Positions 1 through 13,371 of a stretch of DNA of 64,000 nucleotides are shown here, in pieces. A program made the position numbers and the translations under genes. This stretch comes from Vermamoeba vermiformis (lineage: Eukaryota): NCBI GenBank assembly GCA_045837725.1, contig JBEWZL010000227.1:62001-126000 (forward strand). Reading direction: 5' to 3'. The stretch's first letter is position 1. Every line of letters begins with the position of its first letter. A model generated the notes under the pieces. That model did no database searches. It was not told the DNA's origin and saw only the letters and a list, made by a program, of their open reading frames with translations.

Positions 1-801
1 GTCTTCGTCATCTTCAACCTCGTCTTGTTGACTATTGTCCTTTTGATCCTCGCTATCTTCAGCGTCATCCTCTTCAGGTACATCCAGAGCAAAGAACAGC
101 GGAGGTAAGTTTTCTAGCTTTCGTGCCTTCATCAATTCCTTCGCTTTTTTAGTATCGTCGAATTGACACGATGCAAATCCGTTCCATTTCTTAGCTTCCC
201 AAGCCCATCCACGAGATGTGAGTTCTTGTTCACGTAACACGCACCAAAAGTAAGTTTTCTCGACGAGTTTTATCGATGGATCGTCCGCATCAATTCCACC
301 TGCCATAACTTCGCTCCATAGCTTATAGTCAACGCGCTTTTTTTTCTTCTCTATCTTCACGGAGAACTTTTTGTATTTATGGTAGATCCATCCGGTTACT
401 GTGTAAGACAGACTCCATTCGCGGTACTCTAAATAGTTGCTGAATATCGAATTTGTGGAACACTTCATTAGGAATAACTCTTCATTGGTTAGAAGATGCT
501 TGGGTATTGACAATAAATAACGAGATGAATCTGTTTGAATTTGTATGTTGCAAGCCGTCAAGGCGGGAATTCCGTATTTTTCTCTGACGTAAAGAGCTAT
601 GGCACGGGTTTGAGAGGATATCATAGCAAATAGCGCCACAGTTAGCGTTTGATCTTGAAAAGTGACAGCGGATTTCATGATATGTATCCATAATTCGTTT
701 GGAAGTGGGTCGATGGCTTTAATATAATTATCTATTTTTTGTTTTTTATTTTCTTTCTCCTCACTAACGTATTCGAGCTTTCTTTTATTGTTTTGGCTCA
801 T
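1..801 (-). CDS. F-box-like protein, intronless, running off the window start (3' end missing)
   Basis: Open frame from ATG 801 to position 1: MSQNNKRKLEYVSEEKENKKQKIDNYIKAIDPLPNELWIHIMKS...; the LPNELWIHIM motif is F-box-like; basic NLS-like N-terminus; acidic stretch at the window edge. Absent from the ORF track, probably because there is no stop inside the window. Confidence 0.6.
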   Translation of the reverse strand, partial: MSQNNKRKLEYVSEEKENKKQKIDNYIKAIDPLPNELWIHIMKSAVTFQDQTLTVALFAMISSQTRAIALYVREKYGIPALTACNIQIQTDSSRYLLSIPKHLLTNEELFLMKCSTNSIFSNYLEYREWSLSYTVTGWIYHKYKKFSVKIEKKKKRVDYKLWSEVMAGGIDADDPSIKLVEKTYFWCVLREQELTSRGWAWEAKKWNGFASCQFDDTKKAKELMKARKLENLPPLFFALDVPEEDDAEDSEDQKDNSQQDEVEDDED

Positions 802-1149
802 CCTAACACCCGCGTACCTTCGAAGCTAAGCTTGTATTAATAATAAAGTATTTAATAAACATGTTCTAATCGCTGCAAGCTGTTGCACACGACAGAAAGT
901 TATGAAAAAGAAGTAATTCGAGACACTTTTTCCGTAGCCCCTGGTCCAAAAAAACAAGCAGCTCAACTTCAGAGTTTAATTGGCCAATCGAATCGTATTA
1001 TTTAAGTCGGTTCCTATAATTATCACCGCAGTTGCGTTTTTTCTTGGCCTGACTTTCAAATAAAAGCAAGCAACGTCAGCGTTAAGGCACAACACGCTAA
1101 AAAAAAAATCTGACGCCTTATTAGTATACACTAGCACTATTGAACAATT

Positions 1150-3283
1150 ATGGATGACAACAGCAATTGGAACGACGGTGGGGAGGAAGTGAATTTCCGT
1201 AAGTCCACATCCCAAATTTCAATAGTCCCAATTTATTACTCATGATAGTAATTATTTAGTATAATAATATTTATAATAAAATTTACGAAGGTGTTAATAA
1301 TTTAAACGGTTTTTAATAAAGATAACTATTTTCTAAATTATTTTTATCCTTCGCTTCTAACGATTAACTACTAGAGAGACTTCCTCAAGATGAGCCTAAA
1401 GATGAGGTTCTAGTGTCAGATCAAATAACATTGGATCTGGCTAAATTGTATCATTCACAAAAATGGACCGACGTAACCTTAGCCGTAAGAGATAGACGAT
1501 TTAAAGCTCATCGCTTGGTACTATCTTCAAGAAGCACATATTTTAACAACCTGTTTGAATCGGAGCCAGACAAAGTGCTCTTCGATTTGGATTCAGCATT
1601 CAATCCAGATGCGTTCGAAATTGTCTTGGAATACATTTATAGCGCTAACATTGTTGTTAATCGAAAGTTAGCGGATGATATTGCAGATATTGCGGTGAAA
1701 TTGGACCTCAAACAGGTAAGATCCTTTCTATCTGAAACGCATCCGGAAATTTAAATCAATTTCTGATTCTAACTAAATTGATTTTGATATGTAATGGTAT
1801 AACTAGTTACTAATGACTCTTATTTTAGCTTTCAATTTCGTTGGCAGGCTTTTCGGGAACGAAATTGAGCAAAGAGAACGTGCTGCAAGAAATTCAGCGC
1901 TATTATGGCAAAAACAAAGCGGCGCTCGAGCACTGCTTAAGATTTTTAGACCATAATATCAAGACAATAGGCGTCGATAATCCTCAATTATTGACGATGC
2001 CTTTCGAGATCATGAACGAGATCGTCAAAAGACAAACCTTAGGCATTGAAGAGGTGGATCTGCTGCAAATTTTGATCAATTGGAGACGCGAGCAGGAGTT
2101 AAATAATGATACCGATACGGTCAAGCGACAAGCTACTCAATTAGCCCAACATTTGAAACTACATCTGCTACATCCAGAAGCGTTCTTTCATACCCTCAAA
2201 CCGACTGGCTGGTTCGCTACGGAAGTATTATGGGACACATTGAACGAAATGATCAACTCCAACAGAGGCTACCCAATCAGAGATAGGCAGGACGGTGATC
2301 CAAGATACACACCTCGCAAACCCGGCCCAAAAATACTTAAAAAACGAAAAAATGCAGCTGGACCAACACCAGCGGACGTTCCTATTGCCATATTAGGAAT
2401 GGAGGCCAGCGGAAAAACTGTTATGTTGTACAAGCTTAAGCTGGGCGAAGTCGTTACTTCTATTCCGAGTAAGTCCCGTTGAATTTTGATGTTATGATCA
2501 AATTTACCGATCATTTTATATTAACAATATCGTATTATTGTTATATTAATCAAATTCGAAATTGAAAGACAAATTTAGATCCGGATTCGTTTTTTTTAAA
2601 CAAATTCAAAATGTTTCTTTGGCGCTTAAATAATTAATTTATTATTTTTCAGCAATTGGATTCAACATTGAAGAAGTTACATACAAGGGTACTAATTACA
2701 AACTCATCGATTGCGGTTACAAAGTTAAGAACAACTGGATGGATCTAGTTTCACCGAGAACAGAGGCGTTAATATGGGTCATAGACTCGAATAATAGAGA
2801 CGTCGATTTGCTAGTCGAGGGCGTTGAGTTGAAGGAAACTTTTGACAAATTTAACAAGCCTTCCATGCCTGTATTAGTCATTGCGAACAAGCAGGATATG
2901 CCTAACGCTAGATCTGTTAACGAGATCTGTGAGCTGATGGGGTACGTAGTGTTTACTTATATTAGTATAATACGATGATATTATTGGATGTCTAGTCAAT
3001 CCAGACGAAAACTATTTTTTTTCTGGATTCGCATCCAATACGTTCGCTCCAGATCTTGCTTTATTTTTCAGACTGCTTAAAGCCATATAATAATGGGTAC
3101 ATTTAGATTGAGAGATTTGGGCTTGAAGTTTTGGTTCATTCAAGCAGCGTGTGCTACAAGCGGCGACGGATTATACGAAGGTACGACTACGCTCAAATTC
3201 ATTAATTTTTCGATTTATACTGACTTATTTAATAATTAGGACTTGATTGGATTCATAACCAGTTAGGAAGAGATGACGAGTAA
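1150..3283 (+). CDS. BTB-BACK-like domain fused to a C-terminal Arf-family G-domain (copy 1)
   Basis: Exons 1150-1198, 1375-1715, 1829-2468, 2653-2941, 3107-3180, 3240-3283 join in frame through GT-AG introns. BTB motif [26 protein letters not shown]; Arf motifs [36 protein letters not shown]. Confidence 0.85.
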
Positions 3284-3366
3284 TTTCAGATCCGCGTTTG
3301 TACCGGTACAAACAGTAGCGATAAATATGTGGCCTTTTAAATTGATAATAAATAATTTACTATGAA

Positions 3367-5972
3367 TTAAATATGCGTTTTCAAGACGAAAGGAATGTAT
3401 ATCACTCCAATGAAGGTGAGCAAGAAATTGAATCCGATCGAGTTGGCGTTCGCGTTGGATGAGGCCTTAGAAGGAGTCGATTGAGAGCTGGGCGACTGAT
3501 CTGCGATGGGAGATGCCGAGCCAGAGGGAGGCACGTCAATAGGACACTCTGACAAGCCAATTGAAAAGAGCGGTGCTGAAATGTTGAGGGAGTTGTACAC
3601 TGTTGGAAGTGAATACGCACCCCACGCGTAGCGAATTTGAACAGCTGATTGGCTGCGTAAGATAAAATTCAGTCAATAGTGAATAAGAGAGTGTCAAAAG
3701 CCTCAAATATGAGCTCGAATATCTGAAGTGACATCCAGATTTAAAATGCGTCAAAGTGTCAAAGTGTCATTTGAAGAAAGTAGAGTGTTTGAGACGTCTC
3801 TTTAGCAATGTGAAAGATATTACGTGTCAAAGTGTCAAAAGTGTCAGCACAAACGTACTTTGAAATGGAGTAATCACCGCTCAGGATCACTTGAGTTTTG
3901 TCTTGACTGAGTGCGTACGAAGCAGTGTACCACGCACTGCCGTTGTAGACTCGCCAGGGCCAGCCGCAGTTTGTTTCGTTGAGTCCGACAGGACATGCGA
4001 TCGCTTCTGAAAGCATGAGTCCCTAATGAATGATCGATCTTTAATTACGCCGTTCATGAACGCTAATAATCAACACTTACATCGCCAATCGTATCTTTCA
4101 CGAATGAGATTGCAATGTCGCTTGATCCGTCATTTGCAGAGGCACACTAGAAAATGTCAGCGAGTCAATTAGCGAGATATTGTACAATTCGTACCGATGG
4201 AATAGGTCCGTTCCAAGTACCACTCAGGCCATACACAAGTCGTCTTGTGCACAAATAAGCACGATAGCCCACTGGCTCTTTGTAACGCGGGTGCTGAAAG
4301 ATGATTAGAATGTGACTATAAAGCGTATTTATAACTTACAATAGAGCCAAAGGGCGAAGTAACGTCACCGAGTTCAGTGGTGCTAACGAGGCAAGAGTTT
4401 TCAATCGAGTCTCTGAACAGATCGAATTGCACCGCTCGGAATCTTGGCCAGTTATCGCCGTTCTCATTTAGCGGTGCCAATTGGACAAAAATAAACGGGA
4501 AATCTGGCGTCACGAGCAGTAATTAATTAGAAATTTCACGAAAATGACGCATGTCAATTTTTTCAAGCCAGAACTTACTTGATTGGAAACGAGTGCGATA
4601 GTCTTCAACAAATTTGGGTAAAGTGCATGCGTAAAAAGTATCAAAACCGACATTAGCTTCACCTTGGTACCAGATCATGGATCTGATCGCCATAGGCAAG
4701 AACGGATAGACCATTGCGTTCCATATTGCTGATTGGCCAGATACAAATTTGCCACAGCCAGACGAATTGGCGACTTGAGGACTGACCCAACTTTCAATAC
4801 TCGTTCCAGGCCAGTGATTCGCGACCAATCCAATCGGCACTCTGTTGTTCAGTTCGTTGGACATGTGCATGGCATTCCACCAACACACAGCGCTCACTCC
4901 GACAGTGGAACTAACTCCGGCTCGAACCCAACTGATGCTGCCGTTGATGACTGGATTAGGCGTCCAAGGGTCCTATTGAAAATTCGGTCATTTAACTAAG
5001 TCTTAGTGACGTACAAAAATATCGCCTGTCGTGGGATGAAAAAATGAAAATTCATTAAATAATAATTATAATTCATTAATTCGAGGGGTAGTGAGTATTC
5101 GTAATGAAATTTCAACTGGCATAGAATATTTTGATACGTATTCATTATCAATACTTCTGGGACTTCTTATTTCATTTATAGAAATAACATAGTGCCCGAC
5201 GATCAACGGAGTTAACAATTATAGAGGGGGGACTTACATAAGGAGAAGCACTGCTAACTTTAGGCACTTGAGCGATTCTAATGTGCGAGTAGTTAACTGC
5301 AGCTCTAATTGCATCGCCACCGCCAAATGCGCTGTACAGAATGAACTGTTTATAAAAAAGTGACACGTGTCATTATCAAAGTGTCAAACATTGAATCGTA
5401 TAAATCGAATGACGTACTTCCATATTTGACTGTCCCGAGCAGTAATACACGTCACCGAACATGACGTCTGTCAAATTGGCGAAATTTCCGTTGGCTCCTT
5501 GAACCAGAATGGTGTAGGGACCTCCAACAGGCTTTGGAGGTAAAGTAATGAGCCATCTAATTGAAGTACATGTTTTGTTAATATTAATAGACTCTATTAT
5601 GGTTTATCCTGAAAAAAGTCGTACTTTCCATCCGAATCTGCTGTCGCTTCGTAAGTTTCGCTTTGTTGGTTAGCGTCAATGAGATTCAGTTGCACTTTAT
5701 CAGACGCAATAGACCATCCCCATATTTTAGCACTAATATACAATTTAATACACGATTAAAAAAAATTATCGTTAGCGGATGTGCCCTTACTTCTGCGGTT
5801 CTCGCTGTAACACCATGCTAGAGCTGAATACATTTGATACTAAAGGCAGAGGAGCACCTATTTATTCAATTAGGACTGTTACAGTTAGAATTTTTTACGT
5901 ACTCCACGCTGCGGATTGAGCCAAAGCACCGCTTACGGCAAGCAATAAACACAAAGCTAGTGAACACTTCAT
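3367..5972 (-). CDS. SIAE: Secreted sialate O-acetylesterase (SASA/SGNH family) with Ser/Pro-rich linker and hydrophobic C-terminus
   Basis: Signal peptide MKCSLALCLLLAVSGALA; motifs SMVLQREP, FGDVYYCSGQSNME, GTSIESW, IWYQGEAN, FIFVQLAP, SIHPRYK; multi-exon. Confidence 0.88.
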
Positions 5973-6695
5973 TGATGCAAATTCAATTGGAAAATAATTC
6001 AATTTATGATTGATTGATTTTGTCGGCCGTATTGCGAGTTTGGGCGAGTCCCATGTGTGACACCAAAATGACATTTTTGACGTCATTGCGACATCATTGC
6101 AACAACAATGAGTATTTTTAGCCTTGGATGTACGTAGATATTTTTGCTTTTATAAGGCATTGTAATTCGTAAGGCCAGAGACTGCTGAAGGCTAGCTCGG
6201 TGAGCACAATAATAATGACTACCTTAAAAACTCAAAACTTCATTACCAGTTTGTTGCAGTACGTAGAAGGCTATCGAAATATCAATGCACGAGCTTTTGA
6301 ATTTTCTGTGCATTTAAATAGGAGATTGGATCATAAACGCTATTTTCGCCAGGTATTTTCTGCGACCTTCGGGCATAATTTTTGTTTATAGTTATCGTGT
6401 ATTAATTGTAGATAAGTGCAATTAATTATCTAATTATTATAATTTTGTAAAGATAATTGAGTAATTAATGAAAATATCTGAATTAATTATCTACCGCGAT
6501 TGTAGCCGTCTTATTCTAATAATGTTTGCTAGAATAGTGAAACTATTTTTATGTCAAGTAATTTTGCTTACGTGCGCTTCTTGTTTGCGTGCTTCGGACG
6601 GTCCACCGAAAAGATCTCGACGTCAGCAGAATTCTGGTCCTCTGTCTACAGACGATTTTTTCAATAATTTGCTATGTAGCATTTTATACACCAAC

Positions 6696-7750
6696 ATGGA
6701 CGACGACTTCACTCGCGAAGAGATAGCAAAAAGTAAGGCTTCCGTAATTTAAAGACTCGATCGAAAAAAAAAGCGAAATTTTGCCTCCTTTTTCTTTCTT
6801 TTTCTGATATTCTTTATAGGGAAGCATGTCATTATCTCAAGCAAAGGATTAGGCCCAGATTTTGTAGTTCTGTACCGATCTCAAATCAAAACGGATGTGA
6901 CCTTGGTTGTGCAGTCGAAAGAGTTCAAAGTTCACCGCTTAATACTATCCACACGATCAAAATATTTCTACGAATTATTTAACACATTTCCATCTCGGTC
7001 TAGAATCGAGCTAAATGAAGCTTTTGATCTGGAAACGTTCGATCGAATTTTGGAGTTTATTTACGGCGGAAAAATTCATATTGATGGATCAACTGATATT
7101 AAGGAATTAGTAAAATTAGAACGCCTGGCCAAAAGATTGGATCTGAATTTAGGAAAGGTAAAGATTAGAATTAAAAGTTTTTTTTAACTAGGGCAGATCC
7201 GACGCCAAGTGGAGCGAGGATATAATAATATAGTATACTATTACATTATAATCGTTATTCAATATTTGTTTAGGTGTTTGAAACGAAGAAAAAATGGCTG
7301 GAAGAAATAGATCAATTCGTGCATCGCAATATCGTGGTCAGCCAGCTTAAAAGAAGCTTTGCATTAAACAAGAAGCCTCAAATAGATCGGTGTATGCAAG
7401 TCATAGAGGACTATCTGCCTGATCTGTACGGACATCCGGAGATGCTGCAACTTCCGTTCAAAATTTTGCTCGCGTTTGTTTCTAAAGGAAATAGAAAATT
7501 CACAGTGGAAGACCCCCTTGTATTATATTTATTTTGTTGGTATTCTGCTCAAAAAGAAGAAGGCGTCGAAGAATTCGTTTTAAAGAAGCAGATGCGGCAG
7601 CTTTTTAAGCACATTAACCTAGAGCACGTTGAATTTAAGAAAAAATTGGATGTATTGCGACCAATGGATTGGGTCTCTGCTGAAGAACTGTGGAATAGTC
7701 ACTTAAAGCAAATTGAATTTTGCTCTCAATGGAGGGCAAATCAAAACTAG
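6696..7750 (+). CDS. BTB-BACK-like protein without GTPase domain (paralog of the BTB-Arf genes)
   Basis: Exons 6696-6732, 6820-7157, 7274-7750 in frame; TDVTLVVQSKEFKVHRLILSTRSKYF; same first two intron positions as the BTB-Arf genes; stop codon before any P-loop. Confidence 0.8.
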
Positions 7751-8003
7751 CGGCATAAAGCGAATAAAAAAATCAATTAAGTGCATCACTTAAGAAAATG
7801 CAGCGTATTCCATTTAAATTAATTTTCTAAAAAGCGACGCGTCATTTTTTGTTCGTTTCTGTTACGGATCTGAAAACTTGACTAGGAATAATAATGTGCC
7901 TTAATCATACAATATATTGTATACTTCATTGGTAAAGTGTATTATTTATAATACGTATAACAAGTACATACGAGCAAAACTCAGTTTATTAAATAAGTTA
8001 CTA

Positions 8004-11000
8004 TTACACATGCTGGAACACAGTTTCGTTGCCAAAACTAATTGCCTTTTGCAGCGCGTCACGTGATATCATGCCAGCAAGTTTACCATTTTTGGTAACA
8101 AACGCATTCTGCAACCGCAAAGTGATGAAAAACAAGTGGACTTGACTGAGCGGCGTATCAGGTTGGAATTGAATAGGCGCGCCTTGAATAATTTGCTTCA
8201 ATTTGTGTCTAATATCGAATTTTTTCTTGCGCTGTTTCTCTAAAAATTCAGCCGTTGATTTGCCTTGTGCAATTAACTCGTCTATCTTGGCCTGTCTCTT
8301 TTCTTTTTCTTTGTTAATCTCGTACTGCAGGGACGTTACAAAGCCTAATAACGCTTCGTAGTTTGTCGTGCCAACCAGCGTCTTATTTTCTATAATGAAA
8401 AAAATTGTTAGCCGAGTTGCTGGGGGCTACTAATTCGTCAAAAATTTTCAATAAAATGTTAAAAAAACATTGAAATTAAAGCAAAGTTTCCTTAATAAAA
8501 GATTGACTATTATAATGTGGAGTACTCCACATAAAATTTTTGTGAGTGGATATGGCCGAGTTGTGATAGGTAAAAAAACATGACAGATCCGTCGTCATTA
8601 AAATTTTGACAGGTGTCATAATCACTAACGTACCAGGACTATCAACAATAGGAATGCTATGCGTTCTAAAGTTCTCAGTCGTAGCCCAACGTTGCAAGAA
8701 CTGTTTCATGTCTCGCAGCGAGGTCTTCATCGTCAAGAAATTGTCAACGCGTGGCTCCATGATGTCACGTGCTGTCTTTGATACCGTTCTAAATTTGGCA
8801 TTCGTTAGAATATTCGCAATGATAGGCAGGAAAGTTTTAAAGTCGTTAAAAGCGAATAAGAAAAAATGATTGATTTCCAAATATGGTAATGGTTTTGATA
8901 AGTATCGCGTACCCTAAGCCCAAATCAGGCAAGAAAGGCAAGCCTCTGATCAACGAAATGCTGTCGAAGATTGACACGGACAACTTTTGCGAGACACCTT
9001 GGGCAATTACGACGACCAACTACAGCGAATGAGTATTGACTTTTTCATTACCATATATGGTAATATGGTACTTACGATGACAGGCAATGCAAAGTTGAGT
9101 TGACCAGTGATCTCGAACATGATGACACTCATGCTCAATGTGTGCGTGATACCCGCACCTATCGCTGCTGTCCCGACAATTGCATAAATTCCCGGACTCA
9201 GGGAATTTCCGCCCGACCCGAAGTTGACAGCTTCACCGACCATGCGACCAAATGACGCGCCTATCACGAGCACTGGAATGACGACTCCGAGAGGTAAAGG
9301 CATCGACAAGGCGAGAATGAGCAGTAACATCTATTAAATATGTATTAGTATCGCATGATACACTTGTTAAAACAGATTTCAATGAATTCTTCGTAAAGTG
9401 TCAAAGTGTCAAAAATGTCATTTTTAAGGGTCAACTTCAAGTGACACGTAAAGAGTTTGTAATATCAATAGTGAAGTAGTATTTGGGGTGTATGTTAAAC
9501 TACGTACTCTTATGAACATGAACATAATGAGCGAGAAATAGACGCTAATGTCACTCCAGTCCGTGTTCAATTTGCCCGGGGGATACGGCACCAGTGGACT
9601 GCCTTGGTACAAATCTTTCAACGCTGCAAAACTGCCCAACTATAATAACAGTTAAAGTTAATCATTATATTTGCATATATATGTTAATGATTTTAACGCA
9701 CGCCAATAGGATCGTCGATGGCACCAGGGAATGTTATCAGAGCTGTAACAATGCCTGCAACAAACGTGTACGGATACGGGCTGTATTAATAACGTTAATA
9801 AAGGTGGTTATTGTTATATATATATTATTAAGACCTTACTTTAATAGCGGGTATTGAGTCGCATAAGCTCTTCTGAACTTGATCCACTTGGAGTTAACGA
9901 AGATGAAACAAGCCGATAAAGCTCCACCAGCAACACCTATTCGAGCATTAATGGTTAATATGAGTATAGTATAGTCTAATGTTCAAACGTACCCATGGCA
10001 ATGAACACAAGAAATTCCCAAAAATTCGCTTTTGCAATCACGTCGTCATAATCAGTTGGCAAATAGGCACGTAACAACGCTGGAAAAAAAACGATTAAAA
10101 TGAATATTATAAATACGATAAGCATAGATAAAGCTAAATTTGGCTCTTACGATATCCAGCGATTTGATTGGTCAAAATTTTGAACAATGTGCCACCAGTA
10201 GTTGCAGCGACGAAAGCAAACCAATAATTACGCAACGGATAATACGTCGATGTTACTTCAATACTGAACAGCACGCCTACCAATGCTACGTTAATATTTC
10301 CTTATTTGGTAACAATGGAGTGAAAGGCCGTACCTCCAATAGGACTGCCAAAGTTGGATGCGACACCACAAGCTGCAGCTGCTGCGTACATTTGTTGTTT
10401 TAACGATGGATTCTATTTGTATAATATGTAAGTATATGTAACATTGGGTATTTTATATTAATAATGCTCGAATGTAGTTTGGAAATGAAATTTAGATCGA
10501 GATCCGAATCCGGATCTTCTCGTAATTAAATTTGCACAAATATAATTATGACTTACTTTTTTAATCTTTCTGAAGAATTTCAATTTGGACAGCTGATTGG
10601 CAATAATACTCGAGGTGTGCACAAAAGGACCTTCTTTGCCGACAAACAGACCGCAGCCGATTGCCGTTGACAGACCGAGAATTTTGCTGAGCAGTGTTTT
10701 GAGCGACAAATACTGGCCTAGTGTCACGCCTGACAGCACGCACTTCATCTCGGGAATACCCGAACCTAAAAACAAAATCGTTAGCTCACTCAACGAAACT
10801 ATCATTTGCATAATTATTCAGGATAATATATTATAATGATAGTGTTAACTACGAGGTTATTTGATTGCTGTAGATCCGGTCAAAACTTATCGGATCTAAA
10901 AGTCTCGTTGGATTGCGTTGACTTGCTTAAAAATAATTTTGGCAAAGTGCCAGTATTTGGTTTAATAATATTATAGTGATATATTACTATGATAAAGCTA

Positions 11001-13082
11001 ATGAAGTAATATTAAAGTGCGTGACTTACCTGCAGCATTTGCACTAATAACTTGTGTGAAGAAGAGAGATAGACCCAAAAATGTTAACATGTGTGAGACC
11101 CAAATAAAGTATCGCAAGTAGAAGTCTCCTGTGAGTGTCAAGAGGAACGAGCGTACTATAAATAGAAAGAGCGATGAGTATTACTATAAAAGGAAATTTG
11201 GTCAAAAGTTAGGTACTGACACTCCAAAATGTAAGAAATAAAAGTATCCATAGCCACTCCGACTAGCGCAGCAATGACTCCCAAAATAACCAAAAATACG
11301 ATTGAAATATTGGCCTCGCTAAGAAGATTCAAAAATCGCGAGAAAACGTAACGGATCTTCCTTCGTGGCGTATCTGGTGGATAAACTATTGTTCTTCGCT
11401 TGCTCGCCTAAAGACAAATTTATTAGTATACTATTATGATACTAGTTATAGGATACATACCTTTCGCTTCTTACGCTTCAACTCTTTCGCGATCTCAGCC
11501 GCTTGACTTTGTAGCGTGGATTTGAAGTGGCCAAAAATTGTTTGTTCGTAGCCATAATCTCCCTTTTCTGGCGGCTCTATACATATTCGTTAATATACTT
11601 ATCACAGATATCAATCAAGACGACAAAGAGTCTCAAAATTGTTGCAGTTCCGATTCGGATCGAAATATTAAAAACTGTAATTCTCGATAAATACGTACGA
11701 TTAGGATCCATGCCCTCGGGTGGCTGAATATCACTACCACTATCGCTCAAGTTCAACAGATTGCGTTGATTATCTTGACTGTCCTGATTCTCGTCAGCGT
11801 ATTGTCCGTGATGGTTTTCCTCCAACATTTTGCTGTCCAATCGAGGTACCGTACCAAATCTGCGCAAGTCAAATTCAGCGCGACTGTCCATTGTTTGCAG
11901 GTAGTCTATACAGAAGATGAAACGGTCAGTACAAATAGAACTATTTGTGGATCTATTTAACGCCCTTTCATTATCCGTGGTGTATTGGGTACATAAATTA
12001 ATATCAATAAAATATAGGATTATTATGATTTTTAAAAAGCAATTGTAAGCCATTATATAAACGGATGTGACTCGATTCTTAAAGAGGCAAAATTAAGCAC
12101 TTACCGCTGCTATTATTAGACCTCGGAGAGTCAGATGAGACTTGATCGTCCATATCTTCAAATATACGAGGTGGTTCGGGCTTTTCAGGTCGTTTTGGCT
12201 GATCGCTTGGTGGCGCGAACAACGAAGACGGACCATTACCAAATATAGAAGCCAGGGATGATGGCATGTCAGATGGGGGTTGCATACGATTAATAAGGCT
12301 ATTGTTGCTCGGCAATTGTTGGTCTTCATATTCGTCTCCTTCGCTGATCGCTTCGTCTAAACCAGATTCGAGCCCAGATTCACCTGTGAATAATAAAATT
12401 TAGCTTGTGTAACTAATTTCAAAATAATACAACGATAAATAAGCGATTATTTAGCGATAAATAAGTGCGGCATATCAGTTTGTTCGGGATCGGAACTGGA
12501 TCAAATTACTGTTGCATTATTTTGTACTGTAAATAATAGAATAATGTTTCAATATAAATATTATAACTACAAAATTTATATTAATCTATTCCTAAGGATT
12601 GTTATTAAAAAACCCTTCGATCGGATTTCATTTTTTCGGTTTTAAAATATTTAAGCGAATTCATCGCTATGAAAAGTCGGGCACATTAAATATACGATAT
12701 ATTTGCATATTGTACTGCAAAATAATTTGAGCTGAGTTTAAACGCTGAAAATACAATATTTTTACGAAATACCGCGCGAATACTTTCATAACGAAAATAT
12801 TTAAACAGCAAGCATAAATGTGATTAATTAATTTAAATATAATCTCGTAAATTTATAATATTGATATCGGACTTTAAGATCCCGTGTATTTAGTATGAGC
12901 TCACCTCCAGAGTCAATTTCAGGGTGATTAGCGCCATTAGAAAATTCATGATTATGAGGCACATAACCGTCAATGGGCTCGTGATCCAATTGCTGGTCTT
13001 GGTGCGTTGGATTCGCATCGTGATCGATGTTCGACTCCTCGTCTGTGTCTTCCAATCTATTCCACGGGTTCTTGTCAGCCAT
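8004..13082 (-). CDS. CLC chloride channel (ClC-1/2-like) with C-terminal CBS domains
   Basis: Motifs [60 protein letters not shown] repeats ([22 protein letters not shown]); long disordered N-terminus; start ATG 13082 inferred. Confidence 0.92.
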
Positions 13083-13371
13083 GGGAATATTAAAATTATC
13101 AAATAAGGAACATTAAATGCACTTGTTGTTTGCTTCGAACGCTATTTCAAAAATAGCCGTTGGACAATACTGAATTCGCTTGGCTCCAACAGTAAGAATT
13201 TATTTGAGGAACCATTAGCACATATCAACTTATATTCACCACTGTTTAAGGTTCCTAGGGCTTTAAGGGCCGCCTTAGTAATTGCCCGGACAAACAAGCA
13301 GTTTTTCAGATCTAACTCCGAAATAGCACAACAATTGGTTGAATTGGTATTTCAATAATTGTAGCCTCAAT

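Noticed and set aside
3748-3846. Short repeats considered as a CRISPR-like array
   Set aside because: The 8-nt units lack regular spacers, the context is a eukaryotic intron and there are no cas genes.
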